Assembly: GCA_963801815.1 (NCBI GenBank)
Contig: CAWDGJ010000003.1
Location: forward strand, 800,001 to 864,000
DNA length: 64,000 bases
Source of the DNA: an uncultured Verrucomicrobiae bacterium
Lineage (GTDB): Bacteria > Verrucomicrobiota > Verrucomicrobiia > Chthoniobacterales > UBA10450
Direction: 5' to 3'
In this document: piece by piece, positions 39,018-49,425 of the stretch
Numbering within the stretch: position 1 is the first letter of the stretch
Layout: every line of letters starts with the position of its first letter
Notes under the pieces: generated by a model
Seen by the model: only the letters and a program-made list of their open reading frames with translations
The model's database searches: none
Told to the model about the DNA's origin: nothing
Position numbers and translations under genes: made by a program

Positions 39018-39605
39018 TCACTCGAACGTCTTCACCGTCGACGCCGGATTGCCTGCAACAATCGTGTTAGCGGAAACCGGCCTGGTGACAACCGCGCCGG
39101 CGGCGACGACCGAATTGTCGCCAATAGTCACGCCCTTCAAGATCACTGCGTTCATCCCAATCCAAACGTTGTCACCGATTCTCACTGGAGCGGTTTTTAG
39201 TTTCGGACGCGCCGGCCGGTCCTTGAAGAATGGGGCGAGTGCCTGCGAGTCGATCAAGCGTTGAGCGGGTTCGAGCGGGTGGAAATCCGAGTCGGCAATG
39301 CCGACGCCCCAGGAAATGAGACAGTGCGATCCAATCTCGACCAATTCTTCGGCCATGACGATCGCGCCGTTAAGAAGAGTGAAATCGCCGACCGTGCACC
39401 TGCCATCCTTCTGGATGGCAAAAGAACAGCCGGCGTAGACCGAGACGTGATTGCCGAAAACAACCGCCCGCGGCTTTTTACTTAGCATTTTTTTGAAAAC
39501 CTGCGCGCTCTCGCAGTAAAAGCCTTCTCCGAATTCGACGTTGGGCGGAATCGGCTCCGGATACCAATCGTCCTCGACATGCCGATCTTTTTTGACGTTG
39601 CTCAC
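39018..39605 (-). CDS. Hexapeptide-repeat acyltransferase
   Basis: DSDFHP, PVRIGDNVWIGMNAVILKGVTIGDNSVVAAG, VAGNPA. Confidence 0.9.
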   Translation of the reverse strand: MSNVKKDRHVEDDWYPEPIPPNVEFGEGFYCESAQVFKKMLSKKPRAVVFGNHVSVYAGCSFAIQKDGRCTVGDFTLLNGAIVMAEELVEIGSHCLISWGVGIADSDFHPLEPAQRLIDSQALAPFFKDRPARPKLKTAPVRIGDNVWIGMNAVILKGVTIGDNSVVAAGAVVTRPVSANTIVAGNPASTVKTFE

Positions 39606-41386
39606 GTGGGAAATTTTCCGGATGCGAACAGTTTCGCGTAAACACCGCCGCGCGCGAGCAATTCCGGGCCACTGCCTTGTTCGGCAATGCTTCCGCGATC
39701 AATCACCACGATGCGATCCACGTCGTGAATCGTCGCCAGCCGATGGGTTGCAATCAACGTCGTTCGGCCGCGCATCAATTCTTTGATCGTTTCCATGATT
39801 GCCGCTTCGGTCGCCGGATCGAGTGCGGAAGTCGGCTCGTCGAGCAGCAGGATCGGTGCATTCTTCAAGAATGCGCGCGCGATTCCGATGCGTTGGCGCT
39901 GGCCGACGCTTAATTGCTGGCCGCGTTCTCCGACCGTGCTCGCATAACCGTTCGGCATTTGGCGGATAAATTCATCCGCCTGGGCGCGTTTCGCGGCGTG
40001 GATGATTTCTGCTTCGGTAGCATCAGGTCGCCCATAGGCGATATTTTCGCGGACTGTTGTGGAAAACAAAAGCGTGTCTTGAAGCACAATGCCGATCTGC
40101 GCGCGCAGCGATTTCTTCTTGATTTCTCGGACATCGCGACCGTCCACCGTTACTAAACCGCTGGTCGGATCGTAAAATCGCGGGACCAAACTCAGAAGCG
40201 TGCTTTTGCCGGCGCCCGTGCCGCCGACGATGGCGATCATTTGATTCGGTTCGATTACAAGATTGACGTCGTGCAACACCGGCCGGTCTGCCGCGTAAGC
40301 GAACGAAACCTGGCTGAATCCGATCGCGCCCTTGGCCGATTCGATTGCGACAGCACTTGACCAATCGACTACGTCGTCCTGGCGATCGAGAACTTCGAAG
40401 CAACGTTTTGCGCCGGCCGTCGCACCTTCCATCGCCCACGCGGTATAGGTGAGGGACTCGATCGGTTGATAGAGCATCGCCAGGTAGGCAATGAATACGA
40501 GCAACGTGCCGAGGGTCAGCGTTCCGTTGAGAACGTGGAGAGCTCCGAGGAAATACATTGCGACGGTGCCAATCACCATCAGCGTGCTAATAACGAGGGC
40601 GCTATTTATGTTGGTCAGCGTGAGGCGAAGATTTGCCTGCAAGCTTTGCTGCGCTCGCCGGTGAAACTGCAGGGCTTCGAATTCTTCCTGGCCAAACGCG
40701 TGGACCATTCGAATGGAGCTCAGTCCTTCCTGCACTTGCATCAGCACTGCGCTTTCTTGTTCCTGGATGGTCGTCGATTCACGTCGAATCCGATCTGCAA
40801 AAAAGTAAATAGCCGCAATGATGAACGGCACGATCGCGAGCGAGAGAAGCGTCAATTGCCAGTCCAGCCGAATCATGACGGCAAACGTCCCGATCAGTGT
40901 GATGGCCGATCCGAAGATTCCGGTAAAACCCTTGTTGTAAATTGTCTGGATCGATTGCGAATCGTAGGCGACGCGGAAACTGGAATCGCTTGAACGTCGG
41001 ACGTCGTGATACTTGAGCGAAAGCGATTGCAGGTACGCGTAAAGATCGGTCCGCAGTTTCAACAGCGCTTGCAAGCCAACCTTCACGAGAAGGTAATTCG
41101 TGACCCAGCTTACGGCTCCCGACAAAAGTTGAAGTAACACCAACGACAGACAGACGATAAAGAGCAAAAAGGGAACAGTTCCTCGAAGAACCGCAAATTG
41201 AGTCAATTGGGTTGGTTCATGCAGCCCGAGCTTGCGGCCAATCGGAATTATGGAGTCGACGATCAATTTGAGCGGCCAAGGTTTGAGAAGATTGAGGCCA
41301 ATGCCAACGAGTGACAGCAGTAAGCCAAAAATCGTCTGGAGCACAAACGGCTGGTAGTAACGAAGAACGCGGCGGTAGATCGACAT
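39602..41386 (-). CDS. ABC exporter, fused permease/ATPase (MsbA-like)
   Basis: N-terminal TMD; GGTGAGKST, LSVGQRQR, LLLDEPTSALD. Confidence 0.93.
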   Translation of the reverse strand: MSIYRRVLRYYQPFVLQTIFGLLLSLVGIGLNLLKPWPLKLIVDSIIPIGRKLGLHEPTQLTQFAVLRGTVPFLLFIVCLSLVLLQLLSGAVSWVTNYLLVKVGLQALLKLRTDLYAYLQSLSLKYHDVRRSSDSSFRVAYDSQSIQTIYNKGFTGIFGSAITLIGTFAVMIRLDWQLTLLSLAIVPFIIAAIYFFADRIRRESTTIQEQESAVLMQVQEGLSSIRMVHAFGQEEFEALQFHRRAQQSLQANLRLTLTNINSALVISTLMVIGTVAMYFLGALHVLNGTLTLGTLLVFIAYLAMLYQPIESLTYTAWAMEGATAGAKRCFEVLDRQDDVVDWSSAVAIESAKGAIGFSQVSFAYAADRPVLHDVNLVIEPNQMIAIVGGTGAGKSTLLSLVPRFYDPTSGLVTVDGRDVREIKKKSLRAQIGIVLQDTLLFSTTVRENIAYGRPDATEAEIIHAAKRAQADEFIRQMPNGYASTVGERGQQLSVGQRQRIGIARAFLKNAPILLLDEPTSALDPATEAAIMETIKELMRGRTTLIATHRLATIHDVDRIVVIDRGSIAEQGSGPELLARGGVYAKLFASGKFPT

Positions 41387-41389
41387 GTC

Positions 41390-41485
41390 GATTTTAGATT
41401 GCGGATTCTGGATTTTAGATTGAACTAGTCGCGCGTTCGCCAGCGTAATCGGAAATCGGAAATCGGAAATCCAAAATCTAAAATT
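41390..41485. repeat. Inverted heptamer tandem arrays (GATTTTA / AATCGGA)
   Basis: gatttta-gattgcg-gattctg-gatttta ... aatcgga-aatcgga-aatcgga-aatccaa-aatctaa. Confidence 0.8.
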
Positions 41486-41490
41486 CGAAG

Positions 41491-42120
41491 GTGCATCATC
41501 TAATTCAGATCTGGTCGGAATGGGTCCTCACTGGCGGTTATTTGGGAATCATCGTTTTGATGGCGATGGGAAGCACGCCGATTCCGTTACCGGCTGAAGT
41601 CGTGGTGCCGCCGGCCGCCTTTCTAGCCGCAGAAGGACGGCTAAGCCTGGCCGGCGTAATCCTGGCGGGTACTCTCGGCGCCTACCTTGGAGCAGCGGTG
41701 ATGTATTGGTTGTCACTTTGGCTGGGTCGACCGTTAGTCGTTAAGTTCGGGCGGTTCATTCTATTTCCGCCGAAGAAATTGGAGGAGGCAGAACATTGGC
41801 TTGCCCGCTACGAGGCTGGCGGCATTTTTTTCGCGCGACTTCTGCCTGGGGTTCGACATCTGATTTCAATCCCGGCCGGGATTGTGCGGATGAACTTTAA
41901 GGTATTCAGCGCTATGACCGCGCTCGGCTCGGCCATTTCGTGCTCGATCCTCGCTTATCTTGGCGTTCGCGCGCAACGCGTCGCTCCTGACTTGCTGAAC
42001 AATCCGGAAGGCTTCGTTCACTTCGTTCGGAGTCAAACAAGGTGGCTGCTCCTGGTCGTTCTCGCGTTCGCGGCGCTATACGTTCTATCGATGTGGCTTT
42101 CCAAGCGGAAAGCGGAATAA
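41491..42120 (+). CDS. DedA family membrane protein
   Basis: PLPAEVVVPPAAF, ARLLPGVRHLISIPAG. Confidence 0.9.
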   Translation: MHHLIQIWSEWVLTGGYLGIIVLMAMGSTPIPLPAEVVVPPAAFLAAEGRLSLAGVILAGTLGAYLGAAVMYWLSLWLGRPLVVKFGRFILFPPKKLEEAEHWLARYEAGGIFFARLLPGVRHLISIPAGIVRMNFKVFSAMTALGSAISCSILAYLGVRAQRVAPDLLNNPEGFVHFVRSQTRWLLLVVLAFAALYVLSMWLSKRKAE

Positions 42121-42208
42121 GGCTTCAAGCGGCGCGGCCAAAGCGCTGCCGGCAGTCGAACTAAATTTGAACAGGGGCACCGAAGCTGCTGTCAAAAGAC
42201 CAACAGCA

Positions 42209-42391
42209 ATGAAGAAGAACAGCCTAATCCTCAAACCCCGAACCAAACTTTCACTCGGCGACCTGATCCTTGCCGTTAGCTCCTGCACGAGCAACACCAA
42301 GGAGACCGTCGCGACAGTAGCTGACCTGCTCGGCAGCGGAAAGGTGCGCCTCCAAAGCGACGGCAAATTCCTCCGCGCCAAGGTTTGCTAG
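42209..42391 (+). CDS. Small hypothetical protein (60 aa)
   Basis: MKKNSLILKPRTKLSLGDLILAVS...; followed by an intrinsic terminator. Confidence 0.7.
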   Translation: MKKNSLILKPRTKLSLGDLILAVSSCTSNTKETVATVADLLGSGKVRLQSDGKFLRAKVC

Positions 42392-42427
42392 GGTCCGAGC
42401 CGCACTGGCACTAAAAGCGAATTTCTG

Positions 42428-42466
42428 AATCGCTCCGACGGATTGTCTGTCGGAGCGATTTTTTTT
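42428..42466 (+). terminator. Rho-independent terminator
   Basis: AATCGCTCCGACGG/CTGTCGGAGCGATT stem followed by T-run. Confidence 0.85.
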
Positions 42467-42510
42467 GCGCAAAACACTTTCGCGTTTGACACGCCAATCT
42501 ATCTTGCGGC

Positions 42511-43806
42511 GTGATTGATCGTTATTCCCGGCCACAGATGCGCCACATCTGGTCGGACGAACGCAAATATCAAATCTGGCTGGAGATCGAGCTGCTTGCC
42601 TGCGAGGCAATGGCCGACCTCGGCCAGATTCCAAAACAAGACGCTGCCGAGATTCGGAAGAAAGCACGCTTTTCAATTCCAGAAATTCTGGAGATCGAGA
42701 AGCGCACCAATCATGACGTCATCGCGTTTCTGGAAAATGTAGCGGCATCGGTTGGGCCGGCTGCCCGCTGGATTCATCAAGGCCTCACTTCATCGGACAT
42801 TCTCGACACAACACTTTCCGTTCAATTAACCGAGTCGATCAATATCCTGGCTGAGGATTTAAAGCAGGTTCGCAACATGATCGCCGTTCAGGCGCGCCGG
42901 TACAAAATGACGCCGATGATCGGGCGTAGTCACGGCGTCCATGCCGAGCCAATCACTTTCGGTTTAAAAATGGCGCTGATGTTCGACGAGTTCGGCCGCG
43001 CGGAAGAGCGTCTCGCCCAGATGCGCGAGCGTGTTCGTGTGGGCAAAATCAGCGGCGCAGTTGGAACGCACGCACACGTTGACCCGAAAGTGGAACGCGC
43101 GGTGTGCGGAAAACTCGGACTCAAACCCGCCACGTTGTCGACGCAGATTGTGCAGCGCGACCGTCACGCCGAGTTCATGACGACTCTGGCGGTGATTGCG
43201 TCGAGTATTGATCGCTGGGCGACGGAATTTCGTCATCTTCAACGGACCGAAGTCTTCGAACTGGAAGAATATTTCGGCGAAGGCCAGAAGGGCAGCTCTG
43301 CCATGCCGCACAAACGGAATCCAATCACGAGCGAACGATTGAGTGGTCTCGCGCGCGTGATTCGCGGCAACGCGATGGTTGCGCTCGAGAATGTCGCCCT
43401 TTGGCACGAACGCGACATCAGTCACTCGAGCGCGGAGCGAATCATTTTGCCAGACTCAAGCATCCTGATGGACTTCATGCTGAATGAGCTCCGGAATTTG
43501 GTCGAGCGGTTCCAGGTTTATCCCGAACGGATGCAGCAAAACCTCGAGCTGACGAAAGGCCTTTATAACAGCCAATCGATCCTGCTCGCTCTAACGCGCG
43601 CTGGAGCGGAGCGCAAGGCCGCTTACGAAGCAGTCCAACGCGCCGCGATGAAGACCTGGAAGGGCGGGGGGACGCTGGCGGAAAACGTGAAAAAAGAGCC
43701 GGAGATTACCGCAAAACTTTCCGCGGAAGAGATCGACCGGCTTTGTTCGTTGGAAGTCCACTTGCGGCATGTCGATGAGACATTCAAAGCGCTTGGCTTG
43801 GAATGA
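42511..43806 (+). CDS. purB: Adenylosuccinate lyase
   Basis: MIDRYS, HDVIAF, GRSHGVHAEP, GSSAMPHKRNP, WHERDISHS. Confidence 0.97.
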   Translation: MIDRYSRPQMRHIWSDERKYQIWLEIELLACEAMADLGQIPKQDAAEIRKKARFSIPEILEIEKRTNHDVIAFLENVAASVGPAARWIHQGLTSSDILDTTLSVQLTESINILAEDLKQVRNMIAVQARRYKMTPMIGRSHGVHAEPITFGLKMALMFDEFGRAEERLAQMRERVRVGKISGAVGTHAHVDPKVERAVCGKLGLKPATLSTQIVQRDRHAEFMTTLAVIASSIDRWATEFRHLQRTEVFELEEYFGEGQKGSSAMPHKRNPITSERLSGLARVIRGNAMVALENVALWHERDISHSSAERIILPDSSILMDFMLNELRNLVERFQVYPERMQQNLELTKGLYNSQSILLALTRAGAERKAAYEAVQRAAMKTWKGGGTLAENVKKEPEITAKLSAEEIDRLCSLEVHLRHVDETFKALGLE

Positions 43807-43867
43807 ATCGACAAGTCTGAGAGCCGAAATTGTTTCCCTGTTATTCGCAACGGTAGCAAATGGGCGA

Positions 43868-45829
43868 TTATCTGATCGGACTCAAGAGCAGTTCGGTGAT
43901 ACGTCCGTAACTGTCGAGTTTTTCGACGCGCATTTCGAACTTCGCCGCGGTTTGTTCAGGCGCTTTGGGATTTAAGGTGACGCGAACCGCGCTCGTAGGC
44001 CAGTTTAAGATCAGCTGGGCCAGCTGAAAGTTCTGCGTTAGCTCCACCGCCTTCAGCTCCAGGTGTGCCAGTAATTCCATCGTCATCGGCGTTGTGCCCG
44101 AAGGAGTCAGCTGAACACGCGCCCGCGTTTCATTTGGAATCACCGCCACGCCACCGATCTCGAATGCGTTTCGCATTTGGGCGGGTTGCAAAGGCTTCGC
44201 CGTAGGAAGCAATCGGAGACTGGAAATGCGACCCTCCGCGCTGAATTGTGCCGTCCCAATTTGAAACCCTGTTTCGGCGGGGATTGCGTTCCGGGCCGTT
44301 GCCGATTCCAAGCGAAGTGAAGCCATCAGTGACGCCGGGCGCGCGCGAATCGCGCCCATCTGTAGCTGAGACGTGAGCTGCATTGAAAGCACTTCCAGAA
44401 AAAGACCCAGCACTGCTCCGCTACCATCAGTTGGCGCGACGCGAACCGCCGGAGTAGCGGGTGATGGTTTGCGCTGCTCAATCAGGGATTCAGTTGGTAT
44501 CCGAACCGGTTCCCGAAAGACAAGGGGGTGAGTAAAAACTGGCTCCCTCGTTTCGCGAACGGGCGATTCAACAATGATCTCTTGTCTGGGTGGTGGTGAC
44601 GGCTTCCGTTGAACGATCGGCGCCAACGCGGGTGGTGATTCAATGACTGAGGGGGCAACTGCTGGTTCCGTGATTTTCTTAGTGAGTTTTCGCTCACCGG
44701 CCAACGTTCGTCTTACCAAGTCGATAAGGGCCTCTGAGAGAAAAGGCTTCTCGATAGCGGCTACAACGTTAGGAAAGCGCGCCGCGGTCGCATTCATTTG
44801 TTGAACGTGGCCGGACATCATGAGCACCGGGACGTTTGCGGTTTGCTCGTTTTCCAATAGCCGCCGGCAAATTTCGTCGCCATTGAAATCGGGCAGACTG
44901 TAATCCAGGAGAACGAGATCGGGATTAGCGCGATCGATTTCTCGCAAACCCTCACTTGCACTCACCGCCGTAGTGATCCGCAGGTCAGGTTCGGCCGTTG
45001 CCAAAACGTCTTCGACAAAGATCAAAAGCATCTCGGTGTCGTCGATTACGACGATTCTCTTTCCGACTTCTGGTAGAGCTTCGGTGACGCGCGGACGCGG
45101 TGCCTTGGGAGCCTCCGGCTGCGTTTCGTGCAGGACTTCGACGACAACAGCGGGCCAAGCCGTTGTGATGGTCCGCCGGATCGATCCGGTGATTCTTTTT
45201 TCGCTGAAGTTTGCTGTGGACCAGCCCAGGATCTGGGCGAGGGCATTTTCTCCTTTGATTCTTCCGGTTTCGGCGTGAACCACCTGGCCTGCGGCAATTT
45301 CAATCTCGCCGCTTCGGCCGCGCGAACGAATCTCCAGGATTACGTTGGCGCCCGCGGCACAATGCATAAGCACAAGGTCGATCCCACTGAGCGCGTGCAA
45401 AGTTCCGCGCGATTCCGATTCCCTCCACGGTCCGAGCAACGCCTGGACGGCCGCGCCGAAGGTTGCGAGCTCATACGGCTTTTCGACAAATTGCAGGCCG
45501 CCAAGAGATCCGCGTTCAGCGGAAATCCCGGAGGGGATTGCGGTGCCGATGACCAGAACGCGAGCGGCCGGGTGCGAATCTCGAAGTTTTTCTAGCAGCT
45601 CCGTTATTCCGGACCACGGTGGATCGACATCGAGGATAAAAAGATCGGGTTCGAGATCGTTGGCAAACTTTTCGAGTTCCTTAAGAGTGCGCGCGAGAAC
45701 GACGGCGTGGTTCGGCGCGAATTTCTTCAGCGCTGAACCGATGGCCGCCGCCAGCGCGTCGTACTCTTCGAGCAAGACGATACTGGGTTGCGCGACAGCT
45801 TTGTTGGTAGACTTCGGACGAGCAGGCAC
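43868..45829 (-). CDS. Multidomain response regulator: REC, DUF4388-like, REC, Pro-rich linker, duplicated C-terminal domain
   Basis: PDLFILD/VEKPY; SGEIEIAAGQVVHAE..GENALAQILGW; VIDDTE/LLDYSLPDFNG/IEKPF. Confidence 0.85.
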   Translation of the reverse strand: MPARPKSTNKAVAQPSIVLLEEYDALAAAIGSALKKFAPNHAVVLARTLKELEKFANDLEPDLFILDVDPPWSGITELLEKLRDSHPAARVLVIGTAIPSGISAERGSLGGLQFVEKPYELATFGAAVQALLGPWRESESRGTLHALSGIDLVLMHCAAGANVILEIRSRGRSGEIEIAAGQVVHAETGRIKGENALAQILGWSTANFSEKRITGSIRRTITTAWPAVVVEVLHETQPEAPKAPRPRVTEALPEVGKRIVVIDDTEMLLIFVEDVLATAEPDLRITTAVSASEGLREIDRANPDLVLLDYSLPDFNGDEICRRLLENEQTANVPVLMMSGHVQQMNATAARFPNVVAAIEKPFLSEALIDLVRRTLAGERKLTKKITEPAVAPSVIESPPALAPIVQRKPSPPPRQEIIVESPVRETREPVFTHPLVFREPVRIPTESLIEQRKPSPATPAVRVAPTDGSGAVLGLFLEVLSMQLTSQLQMGAIRARPASLMASLRLESATARNAIPAETGFQIGTAQFSAEGRISSLRLLPTAKPLQPAQMRNAFEIGGVAVIPNETRARVQLTPSGTTPMTMELLAHLELKAVELTQNFQLAQLILNWPTSAVRVTLNPKAPEQTAAKFEMRVEKLDSYGRITELLLSPIR

Positions 45830-45905
45830 CTGGATAAGCCGTTAAGGTTTCTAGAGTACGACAAAGCTGAAGCGCTGGTCAAAGGGAAGCAGGTGCAGTC
45901 TCGAA

Positions 45906-47147
<1,242 letters not shown>

Positions 47148-47151
47148 GGTC

Positions 47152-47377
47152 AAAATCCAAACTTCGAAATCCGAAGACCGAAACAAATTCGAAATCTAAA
47201 ATTCAAATGCATTCTTTCGACTTTGGGCACGATTGATCCGAAGACGTGGCTGGCTTTTGCGAACTGCATGTGTCCTCTTCGAGATCACAAGATTTTGTCG
47301 CGCCGGTAGTCGACATTGTCCGAGGGATTTTTGAATTTCGGTATTCGAGTTTGTTTCGATATTCAGACTTCGAATTT
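47152..47377. mobile_element. Heptamer-array inverted-repeat element enclosing a decayed four-helix-bundle (IVP-like) gene
   Basis: Mutually inverted CGAAAxx arrays with CGAAACAAA core; interior 47316->47203 reads DLEEDT-(frameshift)-QFAKASHVFGSIVPK. Confidence 0.6.
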
Positions 47378-48661
47378 CTATTCATATCTCAGTGCCGTCA
47401 CCGGATCGAGACGTGAAGCTGTCCATGCCGGGGCAAAGCCGGAGATTAGGCCGGTGAGCACTGAAACAATCATGCTGCCGACAACAAGCCCTAACGAAAA
47501 TTGGATAGGGAACGACGGAAACGCTTTTCCGATTCCGAAGCAGAGAAGGTAGGCGAAAGCCAGGCCAATAAATCCGCCAAGAAGACAAAGTGCGGTCGAT
47601 TCAATCAGGAACTGCAACAGAATCGTGCGCCGCCGCGCGCCTAGCGCCTTGCGCGTTCCAATTTCCTTTGTCCGCTCTTTCACGCTTACGAATGTGATGT
47701 TCATGATGCCGATCGCGCCGACAAACAGCGACAGCCCGGTGATGAAAAGTCCGGCGATCGCGATTGTGTTCTTAACCGGATCAAGCGTGCTCTTGAATGC
47801 CTGTTGTTCGTTGATCGAAAAATCCTCCTTTTTCTCGGGCGACAAACCGCGCACTCGTCGCATGATTCCCGTCAGCTCATCTTTTGCTTCCGGGAGTTTC
47901 TTTTTGTCTTTTATTTTCACGCGCACGTCCGATTCGGTCGAAGCGGCACCTGGGCGCACGTCCGAGGCACTCTTCGAACTGAAATATTTGTTAAACGCCG
48001 TCAATGGTATCGCAACCATCGAGTCCCAGCTGAACAGTCCCAGAAACGTTCCTTGTCGCGCATTAACGCCGATCACCTTGAAATTTTGCCCGTTGATCAA
48101 AACGGTCTTGTCGATCGGGCTTTCCGATGGAAAGAGCGCGTCAGCCACGTCGTAGCCGATGACGACGACTTGAGCGCCTTCGCGCGATTCGATTTCGTTG
48201 AAGAACCGGCCTTCTTTGCAGTCGATGGTCGATGTCAGCGTAAAATCTGACGTCGTGCCCAGCGTGAAAACGCCATCCACCTCGTTGCCGCCGAACTTCA
48301 CCGAGCGCATCAAGCTCGACGTTGGCACCGCCACGATCAGATTGGAGTTTGGCGTGGCAGCGATGATTCGATTGATTTTGTCAGCGTAATCGGTCTCGAT
48401 TTTTTTCCGGTCGCGATAGTTCCACCAGTCATCCACCGGCTTCCAAGGCCATTGCGTGACGTAGAGAACGTCGTCGCCGAGCACGGACATGCTGTTGTCG
48501 AAACCGATTGAAATTCCGCTAATCGCGGTTCCCATCAATGTCACCGCAACGATCCCGATAATGACGCCAAGCGCGGTCAGGGTTGACCGCATCATGTTGG
48601 AACGCATCTGCGCCGCGGCGATCTTCCAGCTCTCCTCCACTTCGTAAAGAATGCGTTTCAT
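47378..48661 (-). CDS. MacB/FtsX-like ABC permease
   Basis: RSTLTALGVIIG, GIMNITFVSVKERTKEIG, LDPVTALRYE. Confidence 0.93.
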   Translation of the reverse strand: MKRILYEVEESWKIAAAQMRSNMMRSTLTALGVIIGIVAVTLMGTAISGISIGFDNSMSVLGDDVLYVTQWPWKPVDDWWNYRDRKKIETDYADKINRIIAATPNSNLIVAVPTSSLMRSVKFGGNEVDGVFTLGTTSDFTLTSTIDCKEGRFFNEIESREGAQVVVIGYDVADALFPSESPIDKTVLINGQNFKVIGVNARQGTFLGLFSWDSMVAIPLTAFNKYFSSKSASDVRPGAASTESDVRVKIKDKKKLPEAKDELTGIMRRVRGLSPEKKEDFSINEQQAFKSTLDPVKNTIAIAGLFITGLSLFVGAIGIMNITFVSVKERTKEIGTRKALGARRRTILLQFLIESTALCLLGGFIGLAFAYLLCFGIGKAFPSFPIQFSLGLVVGSMIVSVLTGLISGFAPAWTASRLDPVTALRYE

Positions 48662-48667
48662 TTCAGC

Positions 48668-49408
48668 TCAGCTTGCGACTGCCGCGTCGAGTTCGGGGAT
48701 GAATCCCATGTGGTCCATTTCGATCAGCCCATCTCGGAGATGAATCGTGCGGCGCGCATGCGCGGCGATATCGCGCTCGTGCGTGACCAAAATGATGGTG
48801 TTGCCTCGTTTATAAAGGTCTTCAAGCAACGCCATGATTTCGTCGCCGGTTTTGGAATCGAGATTTCCCGTCGGCTCGTCCGCCAGAATGATCGACGGAT
48901 CGTTCACCAGGGCACGCGCAATCGCAACCCGTTGACGTTGGCCGCCAGACAATTCGTTAGGTTTGTGGTGGATGCGATCGCCCAAACCTACGTCAATAAG
49001 CGCGCGTTCCGCGCGGTCTCGCCGCGCTTCCGGATCCATCCCGGCGTAGATGAGTGGCAGTTCGACGTTGCGCAATGCGTTGGCGCGCGGCAGCAGGTTG
49101 AACGTCTGAAAAACAAAGCCGATCTCCCGGTTCCGGATCGCTGCCAGCTCGTCATCGTCCATTTCCTTGACGTTGCGTCCGTTGAACTCGTAACGGCCGG
49201 AGCTCGGCGTATCGAGGCAACCCAGCATGTTCATCAAGGTTGATTTGCCGCTCCCGCTGGGGCCCATTACGGCCAGGTATTCGTTTCGGCGAATCTGTAA
49301 CGTGACGCCGCGCAACGCGTGCACGATTTCTTCACCCATCACGTAATCTTTTGTGATGTTTTCGATGTCGATCACCACCGCGCCGGGCTCACGAGTGATG
49401 AGTGACAT
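48668..49408 (-). CDS. ABC ATP-binding protein (MacB/LolD-like)
   Basis: [37 protein letters not shown]. Confidence 0.95.
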   Translation of the reverse strand: MSLITREPGAVVIDIENITKDYVMGEEIVHALRGVTLQIRRNEYLAVMGPSGSGKSTLMNMLGCLDTPSSGRYEFNGRNVKEMDDDELAAIRNREIGFVFQTFNLLPRANALRNVELPLIYAGMDPEARRDRAERALIDVGLGDRIHHKPNELSGGQRQRVAIARALVNDPSIILADEPTGNLDSKTGDEIMALLEDLYKRGNTIILVTHERDIAAHARRTIHLRDGLIEMDHMGFIPELDAAVAS

Positions 49409-49425
49409 GTGACGAGTGACGAATT

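Noticed and set aside
41390..41485. Short tandem arrays as CRISPR
   Set aside because: 7-nt units without spacers; no cas genes in the window
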